Source of the DNA: Felis catus
Lineage: Eukaryota
Assembly: GCF_018350175.1 (NCBI RefSeq)
Contig: NC_058383.1
Coordinates: 744,001 to 808,000 of the forward strand
Length of the DNA: 64,000 nt
Direction of reading: 5' to 3'
Every line of letters starts with the position of its first letter. Positions within the stretch are counted from its first letter, which is position 1. Under the pieces are notes generated by a model. That model did no database searches, had not been told where the DNA came from, and saw only the letters and a program-made list of their open reading frames with translations. Made by a program: the position numbers and the translations under genes. Below are positions 24,538-35,749 of the stretch, piece after piece.

Positions 24538-25285
24538 TGGAAGACTGGCCTTCCCCCCTGCCGGCCTCCCCTCCGGAGGACTGGACTTCCCCCCTCCCGG
24601 CCTCCCCTCCGAAGGACCGGCCTTCCCCCCTGCCAGCCTCCCCTCCGGAGGACTGGCCTTCCCCTCTGGAAGACCGGCTCCCCCTGCTGGCCTCCCCTCC
24701 GGACGACTGGTCTTCCCCCCTGCCGGCCTCCCCTCCGGAGGACTGGACTTCCCCCCTCCCGGCCTCCCCTCCGAAGGACCGGCCTTCCCCCCTGCCAGTC
24801 TCCCCTCCAGAGGACCGGCTCCCCCTGCCGGCCTCCCCTCCGGAGGACTGGCCTTCCCCCCTGCTGGCCTCCCCTCCAGAGGACCCGCTCCCCCTGCCGG
24901 CCTCCCCTCCGGAGGACTGGACTTCCCCTCTGGAAGACCGGCTCCCCCTGCTGGCCTCCCCTCCGGACGACTGGTCTTCCCCGCTGCCGGCCTCCCCTCC
25001 GGAGGACTGGCTCCCCCTGCCGGCCTCCCCTCCTGAGGACTGGCCTTCCCCCCTGCCAGCCTCCCCTCCGGAGGACTGGTCTTCCCCCCTCCCGGCCTCC
25101 CCTACAGAGGACTGGCCTTCCCCCCCCTGCCAGCCTCCCCTCCAGAGGAAGACTGGCTCCCCCTGCCAGCCTCCCCTCCTGAGGACTGGACTTCCCCCCT
25201 CCCCGCCTCCCCTCCAGAGGACTGGTCTTCCCCCCTGCTGGCCTCCCCTCCAGAGGACTGGCTCCCCCTGCCGGCCTCCCCTCAG
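24538..25285. repeat. C-rich VNTR, 36/33/21-bp units, ~21 copies, intron 12
   Basis: Unit gactggccttcccccctgccggcctcccctccggag; G-rich on the minus strand. Confidence 0.95.
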
Positions 25286-26014
25286 CACCTCACGCCTGGG
25301 GACCTCTTGACCGATGACGGTGCTTCTGTCCCACTGACAAGGCGAAGTTCCTCCATGTCCACTCCCACGGCTGGTCCCGCGTGTCCCCTAACCCCACCCC
25401 CCCCCCCAAGAGCCATTCTTGTCCTGCTGCCCGAGCCTCCTGCTCGGGACTCTTGTGCACCTGCATATACTCGACGGGGCCACTGGTCACCACCCCCATG
25501 GCTCCTGGGTTGCCTTGTGTCCCTCTGGCTGCTGCTTCTTTCTGCACATGGCATCTTGGTGACCTTGTCTCCTCTCCTGGCTTCAGATGCTACCCATGTG
25601 CCGGGGTCCCCCAAACCGAAGTCCAGGCCAGACGTCTGCCCCAGAATCTAGATACGCACATACCCAGGTGCTCAGAGGACACGAGCGTCTGCTGGGCACA
25701 ACAGCTGTAACGTTCAGGCCACCCCCGGGGCCACTGCCCCCGCTTGGCCACCCTGCTCCCCCACCACGTCCCCATTACCACCAGCAACGTTCCGTCCTCC
25801 TTGTGATTGACGGCAGAAACCTCGGAGCCAAGTCCAATGACCTCCTAAGTCGGCTTGTCTCCGTCCACCCCTGCCTGCATCTGCCAGGGCACTCCTGCAA
25901 GATGGCTTGGATGACTCCAGTGCTCGGCCCACGGCACCTGCCACCTCCCCTCCCACCCAGAGTCCAGCCCCCACCAGCCCCCCACCGTGCCCATTGTAGT
26001 GGTGACCAGGAACA

Positions 26015-26330
26015 CTGTGCTTTCTTCCTCCTTCTGACTCTTGTGTGCTGCTCCCAGCCTTCCTCTTCCTTCTGACTCGCGTGTGCTTGTCCCTCCTCCT
26101 TCTGACTCACGTGCTGCTCACACCTTTCATCCTCCTTCTGACTCTCATGTACCGCTTTCTCCTCCTTCTGACTCTCGTGTGCTGCTCCCAGCTTTCCCTC
26201 CTCCTTCTGACTCTCATGTGCTGCTCCCGGCTTCCTTCCTCCTTCTGACACTTGCATGCTGCTCCTGGCTTTCCCTCCTCCTTCTGACTCTCGCGTGCTG
26301 CTCCCGGCTTCCCTCCTCCTCCTGACTCTC
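26015..26330. repeat. Pyrimidine-rich minisatellite, ~35-39 bp unit, ~8 copies
   Basis: Unit approx. tgctgctcccagcttccctcctccttctgactctcgtg. Confidence 0.9.
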
Positions 26331-26591
26331 AGAGGCTGCTCTCAGACTACAGTGCGAAGGGTCCCTGGACACACGTTTGTTGCCTGCCATATCCACGGAG
26401 CCCAGCACACAGCAGGCCTGCAGGAGGTGTTTGTTGAATGAATCAGCATCAGTCAGTGTGATGACAGGGTTGACCATATCTCTGGGCCAGTTTATCTACT
26501 AATGTACGAGCTATTTCTAAGGCCAAAATGACACACATAAATCACCCTTGGGGATTTTGGAGGACTTTTGTGGTCCACCAACGACTCCAAG

Positions 26592-26777
26592 ATTTTTTTT
26601 TTTTTAAGTGTATTTATTTTGAGACAGAGAGTGCAAACTCGGGAGGGCTAGAGAGAGAGATAACCTCAGGCAGGCCCTGCCCACCAGCACAGAGCCCGAC
26701 ACGGGGCTCGAACCTACTACGCCGTGAGACCGTGACCTGGGCCGAACGCTCAACCGACTGAGCCACCCAGGCGCCCC
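26592..26777 (-). mobile_element. Carnivore SINE
   Basis: Ends accgactgagccacccaggcgcccc; flanking tccaagatt duplication. Confidence 0.85.
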
Positions 26778-26874
26778 TCCAAGATTATTTTTAAGTTCTG
26801 TTTGTCTACACTGGGACCATTGTATGCTGACCCAGCAACATCCGATGGATTTAAATGCTGTAACAATTTTCTAT

Positions 26875-29800
26875 TTAAAACTTTGGTTTTTTTTAGAGTG
26901 GTTTTAGGGTCACAGCTAAATTGAGAGGAAGGTACAGAACTCTCCCACTTACCAGCTGCCCCCCACACGCATCACCCTCCCCACTGGCGGTGCACCTGTC
27001 CCTCACGGCTGTTGACCCACACTGACAGGCCAGCACCACCCAGAGACCAGGTTCCGTGAGGCTCTCTCTAGGTGGCCGCGCACGGACGTGTGACCCGGGC
27101 CCACCATTCCAGAGCCACACAGAATAGTCCCAGTGCCGTGTGTGCTCTGCCTGAAGCCTCCCACCCCGACAGCCACTGGTCTGTTACCATCTCCATAGTT
27201 GGGCCTTTTCCAGAGTGTCACAGAGTCAGAGTGCTACAGTATGAAGCCTTCCCAGACCGGCTCGTTCACTTGCTAACGCGTTTACGGTGCTTCCGCGTCT
27301 TTTCGTGGCTTCATAGCTCACTTCTTCTCAGCACTGAATAATCCACTGTCCAGACGGACCACCCGTTATTCACCCGTCCGGCTGCTGAAGGACAGTTACG
27401 GACAAAGCTGCTGTAAATACATGTGTGCACATAAGCTCCTTCGGGTAGATAGCAAGTGGCACGATTGCGGGGTCGCGTGGTGAGAACGTGCTAGTCCTGT
27501 CACGAGTCTCGCCAACCTGTCTTGCAAGGCGGCTGCCCCGTTCCGCGTTGCCGCCGGCAGGGCCTGGGGTTCCTGCTGCTCCGCGTCCTCGCCAGCGTCC
27601 GCCGTGACGTGTTGTGGGCCGTGGCCCTTGCGACAGGCGCGTGGTGGCGTCCCCTTGCTGTTTTGTTCCACGTTTCCCGGAGGACACGCAACGTGGAGCC
27701 TCGTGTCCGGTGCCTGTCTGCGCTCTGTGTCTCTCCCCTGCTGGGGTGTCGTTAGGTCTTCGGCTCGTTTCTTGCTTGGATTGTTCTCACGTTGGTGAGC
27801 GTTTGGAGTTCTTCGTGCATCTGGATAACAGTCCTTTATCAGACGTGCCTTCTGTGAACTGTCTCCCGGCCCGAGGCTTTGCCTTCTCAGTCTCTCGACG
27901 CTGCCTCTTGTGGAGCACGAGTGTTGAAGGTAATGACGTCCAGCCCATCAGTTACTTCTTCCGTGGGTCTTACCTTCGGTATTGTGTCCAAAAGTCATCG
28001 CCACACCCAGGGTCCCCTAGGTTCTCTTCTGCGTTCTCTTCCAGGAGTCCTGTACTTTTTCATTCTTTGCCCCGTTTCACGTTTAGGTCTGTGATCCGTC
28101 TTGAGTTAGCTTTTGTGAAGGACGTAAAGTCTGTGTCTAGATTCTTTTCTCCCCCGGCACGTGGACGCCCACTCGTCCCGGTTCCGTTTATTGGAACGGA
28201 GCCTCTGTGCCCTGTTGGGTGACCAGGTCTGCGTCTGGGTCTCTGTCCTGGCCCGTCAGTCTATCTGTTCCTTCAACGGGACCACGCTGTCTTCGCTACT
28301 CTGGCTTTATAGACACTCTTAAAGTCAGAATGTGTCAGTTCTCCAACTTCGTTCTCCTTCAGTGTTGCGTTGGCTCTTCTGGGACTTTACATTCACTTAG
28401 TCAGTATCTGAAAAATGACCTGCTGGCATTTTTATTGTGATTGCCTTAAATCTATAGATCAAGTTGGGGAGAACTGACATTTTGACAATATTGAGCTTTC
28501 CTATCCTTGAACATGAAATTCACATAATGGCTGTCCTATTTATTTTATTTTGTTCTTTTTCCTTTCATTTATATACCACCTTTGGTTTAGTTTTTACTTC
28601 TTTTTCTCATTGTACTCAGTAGGACTTCCTGTACGATGTTGAAAAGGAGTGGCAATTTGGGATCTTAGTGGAAAAGCTTTGAGTTTCTCGCCATTAAGTA
28701 TGACTTTAGCTCTGAGGTTTTTTATAGATTTTCTTTATTGTGTTGAGGAGGTGCCCCTCTATTCCTAGTTTGCTGAGAATTTTTACCGTGAATGGGTACC
28801 AGCGTTTGTCAAAATGCTATTTATGTGACCATATGATTTTCTTTTTCAGCCTATTGATGCTATGGATTACATTAATTGATTTTGGAATATTGAACCATCT
28901 TGCATTTGGGCTTCATGCATCATTCTTTTTAAACACTATTGGATTCGATTTGCTACTATTTTGTTGAGGATTTTTGCATCTGTGTCCATGAGAGGTAACC
29001 ATCCGTGGCTTCCTTTTCTTGTGATGTCTTTGTCTGGTTTTGTATCCGGGTCATGCTGGCCTCGTAGAGTGAGTTCGGAAGCTTCTGTCCTCTGGAAGAG
29101 ATGGTAGGCAGTTGGTGTAATTTCTTCCTGAAAGTTTGGTGAACCAGCGAACCCATCTGGGGCTGGGGCTTTCTGCTTGGGGAGGTTATTAATTATTGAT
29201 GGTTTCTTGGATCCATGTAGGTCTGTGGAGATTGTCTGTTCCTGTGTGAGTGTCTTTCAGAGAAGGGGTTCGTCCGCCCCATCGGGGTCACATCACATCT
29301 GCGGTCCAGGACTTGGTCAGAGGACGCCAGCTTTTGGTTTTGTTGATTTTCTTCATTGGTTTCTGCTTTTAGAATTCTTACTTCCTTTCTTCTGCTTACT
29401 TTGGATTTGCCTTTCTTTTTCTAGTTTCCTAAGGTGGTAAAGGAGAGTATCGACTTGTAGATCTTTCTGCGTGCCTCACGCAGGCACTCGATGCTGTGAG
29501 TCCCCTCCAGGCACTGCTTTCGCCACATCCTACGATTTTGGGTTAAGTTGTGTTTTCATTTTCATTTAGTTCAGATAGCGTTTCGTTTCTTTTGAGATTT
29601 CTTCTTTGACTATTGTGCTATTTAGAAACGTGTTGTTTAATCTCCACGTGTTTGGGGATTTTTCCAGCTTACGTCTCTTTCATTGATTTCTGGTTTAACT
29701 CTATTGTGTTCTGAGAGCAGACATCGTAGGACTGGTGTTTTTTTAATTTGTTGCGGTGTTTTTCATGGCCCGGAACGTGGTCTGTCCTGGTGAGTGTGCC

Positions 29801-30075
29801 ACAAGAGCTTGAGAAGGACTTGTATTCGGATGCCGTTGGACAGTCGTCTGCACATATCCGTCGTAGCCAGTGATGGGTGGTGCCGTTGTTAAGCCACGTC
29901 CTCGCTGGTTCTCTGCTGGCCAGGTCTGTCCATCTCTGACAGAGAGTGTGGAGGTCTCTAGACACAGTGTGGATTGACCTGCCTCACGTGGTTTGGCGCT
30001 CTGCGATTAGGCACGTACGTGCACAGGCTCGTCGGTCGCGTGGAGATCTGACCCTTTGTCATTAGGTAGCGTGTG
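26875..30075 (-). mobile_element. Old L1 (3' UTR through ORF2 to endonuclease-like region, internally deleted), antisense in intron 12
   Basis: 3' UTR landmarks, ORF2 remnants (LPNSLYEASMT) and EN-like RTDHVPGHEKHRNKLK; ends ~80 nt before the exon 13 acceptor. Confidence 0.75.
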
Positions 30076-30155
30076 GCCGCTCAGTCCCTTTTCATAAACA
30101 GGAATTGGTTTCGTGTTTATTTCTGGCGTGTTAATGGTGTTTTGCTGTTTTACAG

Positions 30156-30292
30156 AGGTCCTCAAAGCAGGCAGTGTCCTGTTCCCTGAGCTCCTGGCTA
30201 GAGAGACAGAGGCTGTCATCCACAAGCACCGCTCTCCTGCCCTCTGCCAGCAACTGCTACAGCACCTGCAGGCCCAGCCGCCCGCCCAGTGA
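30156..30292 (+). CDS. DNAAF5: DNAAF5 terminal exon 13, coding part including TGA
   Basis: ttgctgttttacag|. Manual translation (E)[44 protein letters not shown], matching the DNAAF5 C-terminus; TGA at 30290-30292. Confidence 0.95.
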
Positions 30293-30740
30293 GCAGCAGC
30301 CAGCGCGGAGCGAGCCCCGAGCTCCCGTCCTCCCCTGGGCCGGGGCTGGGGCCTCTCCACCTCACAACACGGCACCTTTGTGTCAACGACCTTGGACACT
30401 CACAGGCAAGACTTTGATAGCAAGAGTATTGCAGGAAACGTGTGGTGTGCAAGATTCTCCCAAGACCCTTCTCGGGCCCGGCAGTTTCTGAAGTAACATT
30501 CGCTGAGCGGCTTCTGTACTGTCATGTCTCATTTATTACAGTCCGTTGACAGGTCTCCCCAAAATCTGCGGGTAATTTGAAAGTAGAACGAGATGGCACC
30601 TGCTCACCCTGGCAGCCAAAGCATCCTGTTTGTTTCAAAGCTACGTGCACCTGCTACGCTCGTGGGTCAGTATCTCTGTCTTGCGTAAATGCCCGCCTCA
30701 CCGAGAAAGTTCTTGATTATTTTTCTTTCAAGCAAAAGTT

Positions 30741-30746
30741 ATTAAA
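30741..30746 (+). terminator. Candidate proximal poly(A) signal ATTAAA
   Basis: ATTAAA followed by ttttgttctttctttgtgttgtgt (GU-rich). Confidence 0.45.
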
Positions 30747-31171
30747 AAGAAATTTTGTTCTTTCTTTGTGTTGTGTCTACTAAAACTTAGCATCACAGTG
30801 AACAGTCTAAAAGGAACTTGAAATCTTTATCAGTTACAGTTTTCCGTGTAAAATATCCTGGAACTCGGAGTGTTAGTGGATACATTCGGTCATGATATGC
30901 AAACAGTGTTTTTCTTCGGTCATTATGCAAACAGTGTTGAAAATACAATGTTTTATCAGATGTAATTTTGGTAGCTCTCTCATATAAGCGGCAGTAAAGT
31001 AAAATGGGGTTTTATTCTCTAGCACTTTCTACACCCAAGTGCCTAAAAAATTTTATTTTAAATGGATATTATTTCCATAAGCCAAATATTTATGTTACCA
31101 GGGAAAAAAATACTGTGTGTATTTTCTAACAATCAAATATGAACATTTATGCTTAGGTGTTTGAAAATTTA

Positions 31172-31177
31172 ATTAAA
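31172..31177 (+). terminator. Candidate distal poly(A) signal ATTAAA
   Basis: ATTAAA in an AU-rich context followed by a GU/U-rich element (gttattttgtatgcctgtgtt). Confidence 0.6.
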
Positions 31178-31770
31178 AATATTTATTACAGTTATTTTGT
31201 ATGCCTGTGTTAATGTGCTTTAGTAGTTAATCAACATAGTTAGAAATCGCTTATTTTTTCCTTAGATCTCATCTCCCGGCGACCCCCGCCCCGAGATCTG
31301 GGTGGCGGGCCCCAGGCTCTCCCACTGCTCGGTGCAGTGTCCTCTCTGGACACCAGGTGGCAGGAGCTCCAAACCCCATCACGAGGCCGGCCGCCAAGCT
31401 CGTGGGGCCCTCCGCGGGCGCGCCTGAGTGTGCGGCGCAGGCAGGGAAAGCGGGCCTGGAGAGGCAGCGGGATCCAAACCACGCCGGCCGCCAGGGAGAG
31501 GCAGGACGTTGTTTCTGCACATCTTCAAGGGGAAGTGTGCAGAGGCAGCAGGACAGTGAGTCAGTACCACTTGGTGTGACGTGAGCAGGTGTGTGTCCAG
31601 AGAAAGACACACAGGCTCAGCTGACGGGGTTAGCGATCTAAGTGCCTGAGAACCGACGTGTCCTTGGCAAGTGTTATGCACTCTTCGCTCAACTCCTCAA
31701 ATGTTCATGGAGCCCTACCCTCCCTGTGCTGGTGGCCGAGGACAGGGACACGTAGAATTTGGTCCCTGAA

Positions 31771-31987
31771 GGGTGTCTGGGGGTCTCAGCCAGTTAAGCG
31801 TCCAACTCTTGATTTCGGTTCAGGTCATGATCTCATAGTTTGTGGGATCAAGCCCCGCATTGGGCTCAGTGCTGACGGTGTAGAGCCTGCTTGGGATCCT
31901 CTGTCTCTCTTTCTCTCTCTGCCCCTCCCCTTTTAGCACTCTCCCTCTCTCTCTCAAATAAATAAAAAATAAACATTAAGAAAAAAA
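31771..31987 (+). mobile_element. Carnivore SINE
   Basis: Head, body, (CT)n and A tail; TSD tggtccctgaa. Confidence 0.88.
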
Positions 31988-32009
31988 CTGGTCCCTGAAA
32001 GTTTACAGC

Positions 32010-33330
32010 ATTATTGAGATGTAATTTACGGAGCTGTGTGCCAACCACCGTTGCTGGTTCAGCACTGTATCGTGCGAGGGCCCCCACCCACCCAAACCCG
32101 TGTGCAGCCGATCCCTGCCCACATTCCCAGCCCCAGCAAGCACCGAGCTGCTCTGTGTCCAAAGTGGTGTGTGTTCCGGATGCCTCATATACGTGGGACC
32201 ATATGATAGGTGGTCTTAGGCGTCTGGCTTTTTTCACTTAGCATAGTTTTTGAGGTTATCTATTCATGCACTGGTTCAGGGATCGGCACCTCTTTCTGGA
32301 AAGGGCCAGAGGGTAAATATTTTAGGCTTTGTGGACCCAATTGTCCCAACTCTACTGTTTTCCATTCACCTGTTGATGGGCATTTAGGTTTGAGGCCATT
32401 ATGAATAAAACCACTCTGAGCTCTGTGGTACGCGTAGATGATTCACGGCCATCGCTCTTGGGCGGGTACCTCTGAGTAGAATTACCAGGTCATATTTGAT
32501 ACGTGTTTGTAGCCCTGGTTGACTGATTTATTGCTATTTTTTACTGCTTCACTGAGGGATGCCTGACCTACGATTCACTGCACAGACTTAAGTGGGCACT
32601 TTGAGAAATCCCGACACACGCGTACACGCACGGAACCACCACCACAGGCCAGACCGCCAACCTCCCCGCCACCCGCAGGCATTCTCTCCCGCCCCTCTGC
32701 CCACCTCCAGGCAACTCTGATCTGCCGTGGTCACTGCCCCGCAGTCTGCACTCCGTGGGACTGTACGTAAGTGGACACAGTGTTTCTGGTTTCCCTTCCT
32801 CGCCCGCGTTCCCGAGGCATAACCAAGATGCACCCACGTTGTAGCGCCGGTGGGTGGCGGCTCGTTCCTTTCGTTGCTGAGCAGGAGTGTTCCGCCCTGT
32901 GTCTACGCCACACCTGGTGGCCGTCACAGAGATGGCCTCTTGGGACACTGTGTGCACGTCGTCGAATGGACACGCCTCTCATCTCTCTGGGGTGGACGCC
33001 CAGGAGGGGAGAACGTCCAGCCGGAGCGGCGGGACCACCTCATCCGCCCACCAGCACCACTGTCCTGCCGACACGTGACACGGCAGCGTCTTTAACCGGA
33101 GCCACTCTAACGGGCACGGAGGGCGACTTCGGGATGGCTTCGGTCTGCATTTCCCTAACGTCTAACGATGCGGAGCCCCTCCCACGTGCTTGTCTGTCTG
33201 TCTGTATGTCTTAAAATCTCTTGCCCATTTTTTCAAAATGAGGTCTTCATATTGAATAGGAGATGTTGTGGATACGAGAGCTTCGTCGCGTACGGCTTGC
33301 AAATACTACCGCTCGTTCTGGAGCTTATTT
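32010..33330 (-). mobile_element. Fragmented old L1 3' UTR pieces with a MER58-like 5' fragment (32277-32352)
   Basis: cttttttcacttagcata, ccattcacctgttgatgggcattt, tgcatttccctaa..tctaacgatg; cagggatcggca...aagggccagagggtaaatattttaggcttt. Confidence 0.6.
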
Positions 33331-33983
33331 TCATCTTCCTCTTTGGGCTTTTGTTTTTGAGTAACCTCCACATCCAGCGCGGGACCCAGACTCACAACCC
33401 GAGATGGACAGTCGTGCGCTCCACCAACGGGGCCAGCCGGGCGCCCGCTTTCACCCTCCAACAACGTCTCTCGAAAAACAGAAACTAGTTTCGAAAGAGC
33501 GTATCAATATGTTATTTTATTGTGTTTTTTGTCCTCTAAGAAATCTTCACTGAAATGAAAGTTTCATCTCTAAACTTTAAGAAGCTCAGAAAGTTCTTTA
33601 CACAAAGATGATTCCTCTGCCTGCCCCTACCTACAGCACCAATCAAAGGCAAGCTTCACTTGCTTTGAAAATCTCCTTTGTGTGGCCTCTATGAAAACAC
33701 GGCATGTCTCTAGGGGCAGTTGGTGCAAGATAAAACATGTAGCCCCAGACATGCCCGTATAAAGTGCAGTAGTGACTAAACCACGCTGTATAGAATGAAC
33801 CGTATGTAAGAGGAGAGAGCTAGCCTGTTTGCTCTCATGCGCATAAACTAGTTCTGGAAGGGCACAGAAGAAACTCGTGAGGGTGGTGGCCTCCGGGGAG
33901 GGCACCTGCGTGACAGCTGCCGTGAGAGTTCTATCTGTGCCCTTTGGTGTCTCTGAATTTACTTTCTTATAAAAATGTTTGTT

Positions 33984-34179
33984 GGGGTGCCTGGGTGGCT
34001 CAGTCGGTTAAGCGTCCAACTTCAGCTCAGGTCATGATCTCGCAGTTGGGGAGGTTGAGCCCCCATCGGGCTCTGTGCTGACAGCTCGGAGCCTGGAGCC
34101 TGCTTCGGATTCTGTCTCTCCCTCTCTGCCCTGCCCCTGCTTGCACTGTCTGTCTCTCTGTCTCTCAAGAATAAATAAA
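33984..34179 (+). mobile_element. Carnivore SINE (left arm of inverted pair)
   Basis: ggggtgcctgggtggctcagtcggttaagcg...aataaataaa. Confidence 0.9.
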
Positions 34180-34370
34180 TTTTTTTTTTAATGTCTGTTC
34201 ATCTTGAGAGAGTGAGCTGCGGAGGGGCAGAGAGAGGGAGAATCCCAAGCAAGCTCCCTGCTGTCAGCACAGAGCCCAACGCAGGGCGTGATCTCCGGAA
34301 CCATGTGGTCATGATCTGAGCAGAAATCAGGAGTCAAGACGCTTAACCGACTGAGCCACCCAGGCGCCCC
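34180..34370 (-). mobile_element. Carnivore SINE (right arm of inverted pair)
   Basis: T tail abuts the previous A tail; ends cttaaccgactgagccacccaggcgcccc. Confidence 0.9.
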
Positions 34371-35749
34371 CCCCCCAGTTGTTTTTCAACCACTGAATCA
34401 ACATGGCCATTTCAGGGACCGTTACCCTCTTTTCTCTACTCGCACATGTGCAAACTTTGTGTGAACATTTCCATAATTGAAAGTGTTACAAACCTGAAAA
34501 ACAATCATGGGACGATCTGGAAGGCACAGGCTCAGACTGGTGCTGAGGCCACCACTCCCCAGGGCGGGGGGTGGGGTGTCCCCTTTACTAGACTCACCTT
34601 TCCAGTCGCCTTACAATCGGTGGAAAATTAAGTTTTCTCTAAAGAAAAAGCTTTCTTCCTGACTTTCCTCCATCTTCCGGACTGTCTAAACAGCCAGGGT
34701 CATCCGGACATCCAGTCACTGCCTGTGTGATGTCAGACACAAGGGAAAATTACTACGTGTTACTTAGGGTGGGCTACGGATTTTCAGAGGCCACGGGCAG
34801 TGCGGTCGTGGATGAGAACTGCTGTCCCAGAAGGGAGGCTGCAGCCTGGACTCTATTCCCCCAGCCCCTCCTGTGATCTGGGAGTGTCCTTGGCCTTGTC
34901 CCCAGGGTCTGAGCCTCCTTCCTGTGACTCTTCCTGGCTGGGGCAGGGAGGCCTGGGACCTGCTGCGAGGACAGCGGCACTGGCTGATTTGTCCCCAGGC
35001 ATCTGCGCGGGGTTTTCCGGTTTGGGACAGTGTAACTTGGAGACACGGCAGTGCCTGTTGCTGGCGGACGAGAAAGATAACCACAGACAGAAGAACCTAT
35101 GAAGAAGTCTAAGTGTTCTCTCCCGGGCCTAACTGCCGGGCGCCTTTATCCTCTAGGACTTCGTTAGTTTACATTTTTGTCCTTCAGAATGTGAGTTGGC
35201 CGTTTTGGCTAAGATTGAGCGCAAAGAGGTGCAGCGACCACGGCAAACGTAAAACCGGGAAACACTGAACGCAGGCAAACTGGCTTTGGTGTGCAACATT
35301 GGCAATGTTTCGGTCTACAAGCAACAAAATCAACTGTTCTGGGCTGTGTGCGCACGCAGGGGCGTCCTGGTTCTAGTCGAGCACACCCACCAGTCCTGCC
35401 GCTTGCACACCGGCAGGTGACCGAGGCTGGGCAGGTCAACAAACTGCTGGAAACGGTCCTCCTGGGGAGGCTTCACTTGTCCTTGAGAAGGGGCCCTGGG
35501 CCTCCTGGTGGGATGACGGCCCTTGCCACTAACCCTCTCATCAAAGGGCTGTAACCTGCACATCTTCCCCTTATTCACGATGTGAAATTTATTCTTGAGA
35601 AACCACTGTGAACATTTCACACACGACTTGAAACCCCTGATAAAACACGTAGTGGCAAAACCACGATTAGGCACTACCAACTTGTATAGGACTCGCTCTA
35701 GGACAAAACCCTTTCCTCCCCCAGCTGCGTGGCCTGGGATGCCTCGGAT

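Larger units (their letters stand above)
30293..31200 (+). other. DNAAF5: DNAAF5 3' UTR (3' end approximate)
   Basis: Follows the stop codon, becomes AT-rich and lacks obvious interspersed repeats; ends near ATTAAA 31172-31177. Confidence 0.65.

Noticed and set aside
23949..25310. 453-aa ORF (and the 290-aa antisense ORF) as a standalone gene
   Set aside because: Non-ATG start, intronic, and length explained by a stop-free VNTR; kept only as the alternative-exon hypothesis.
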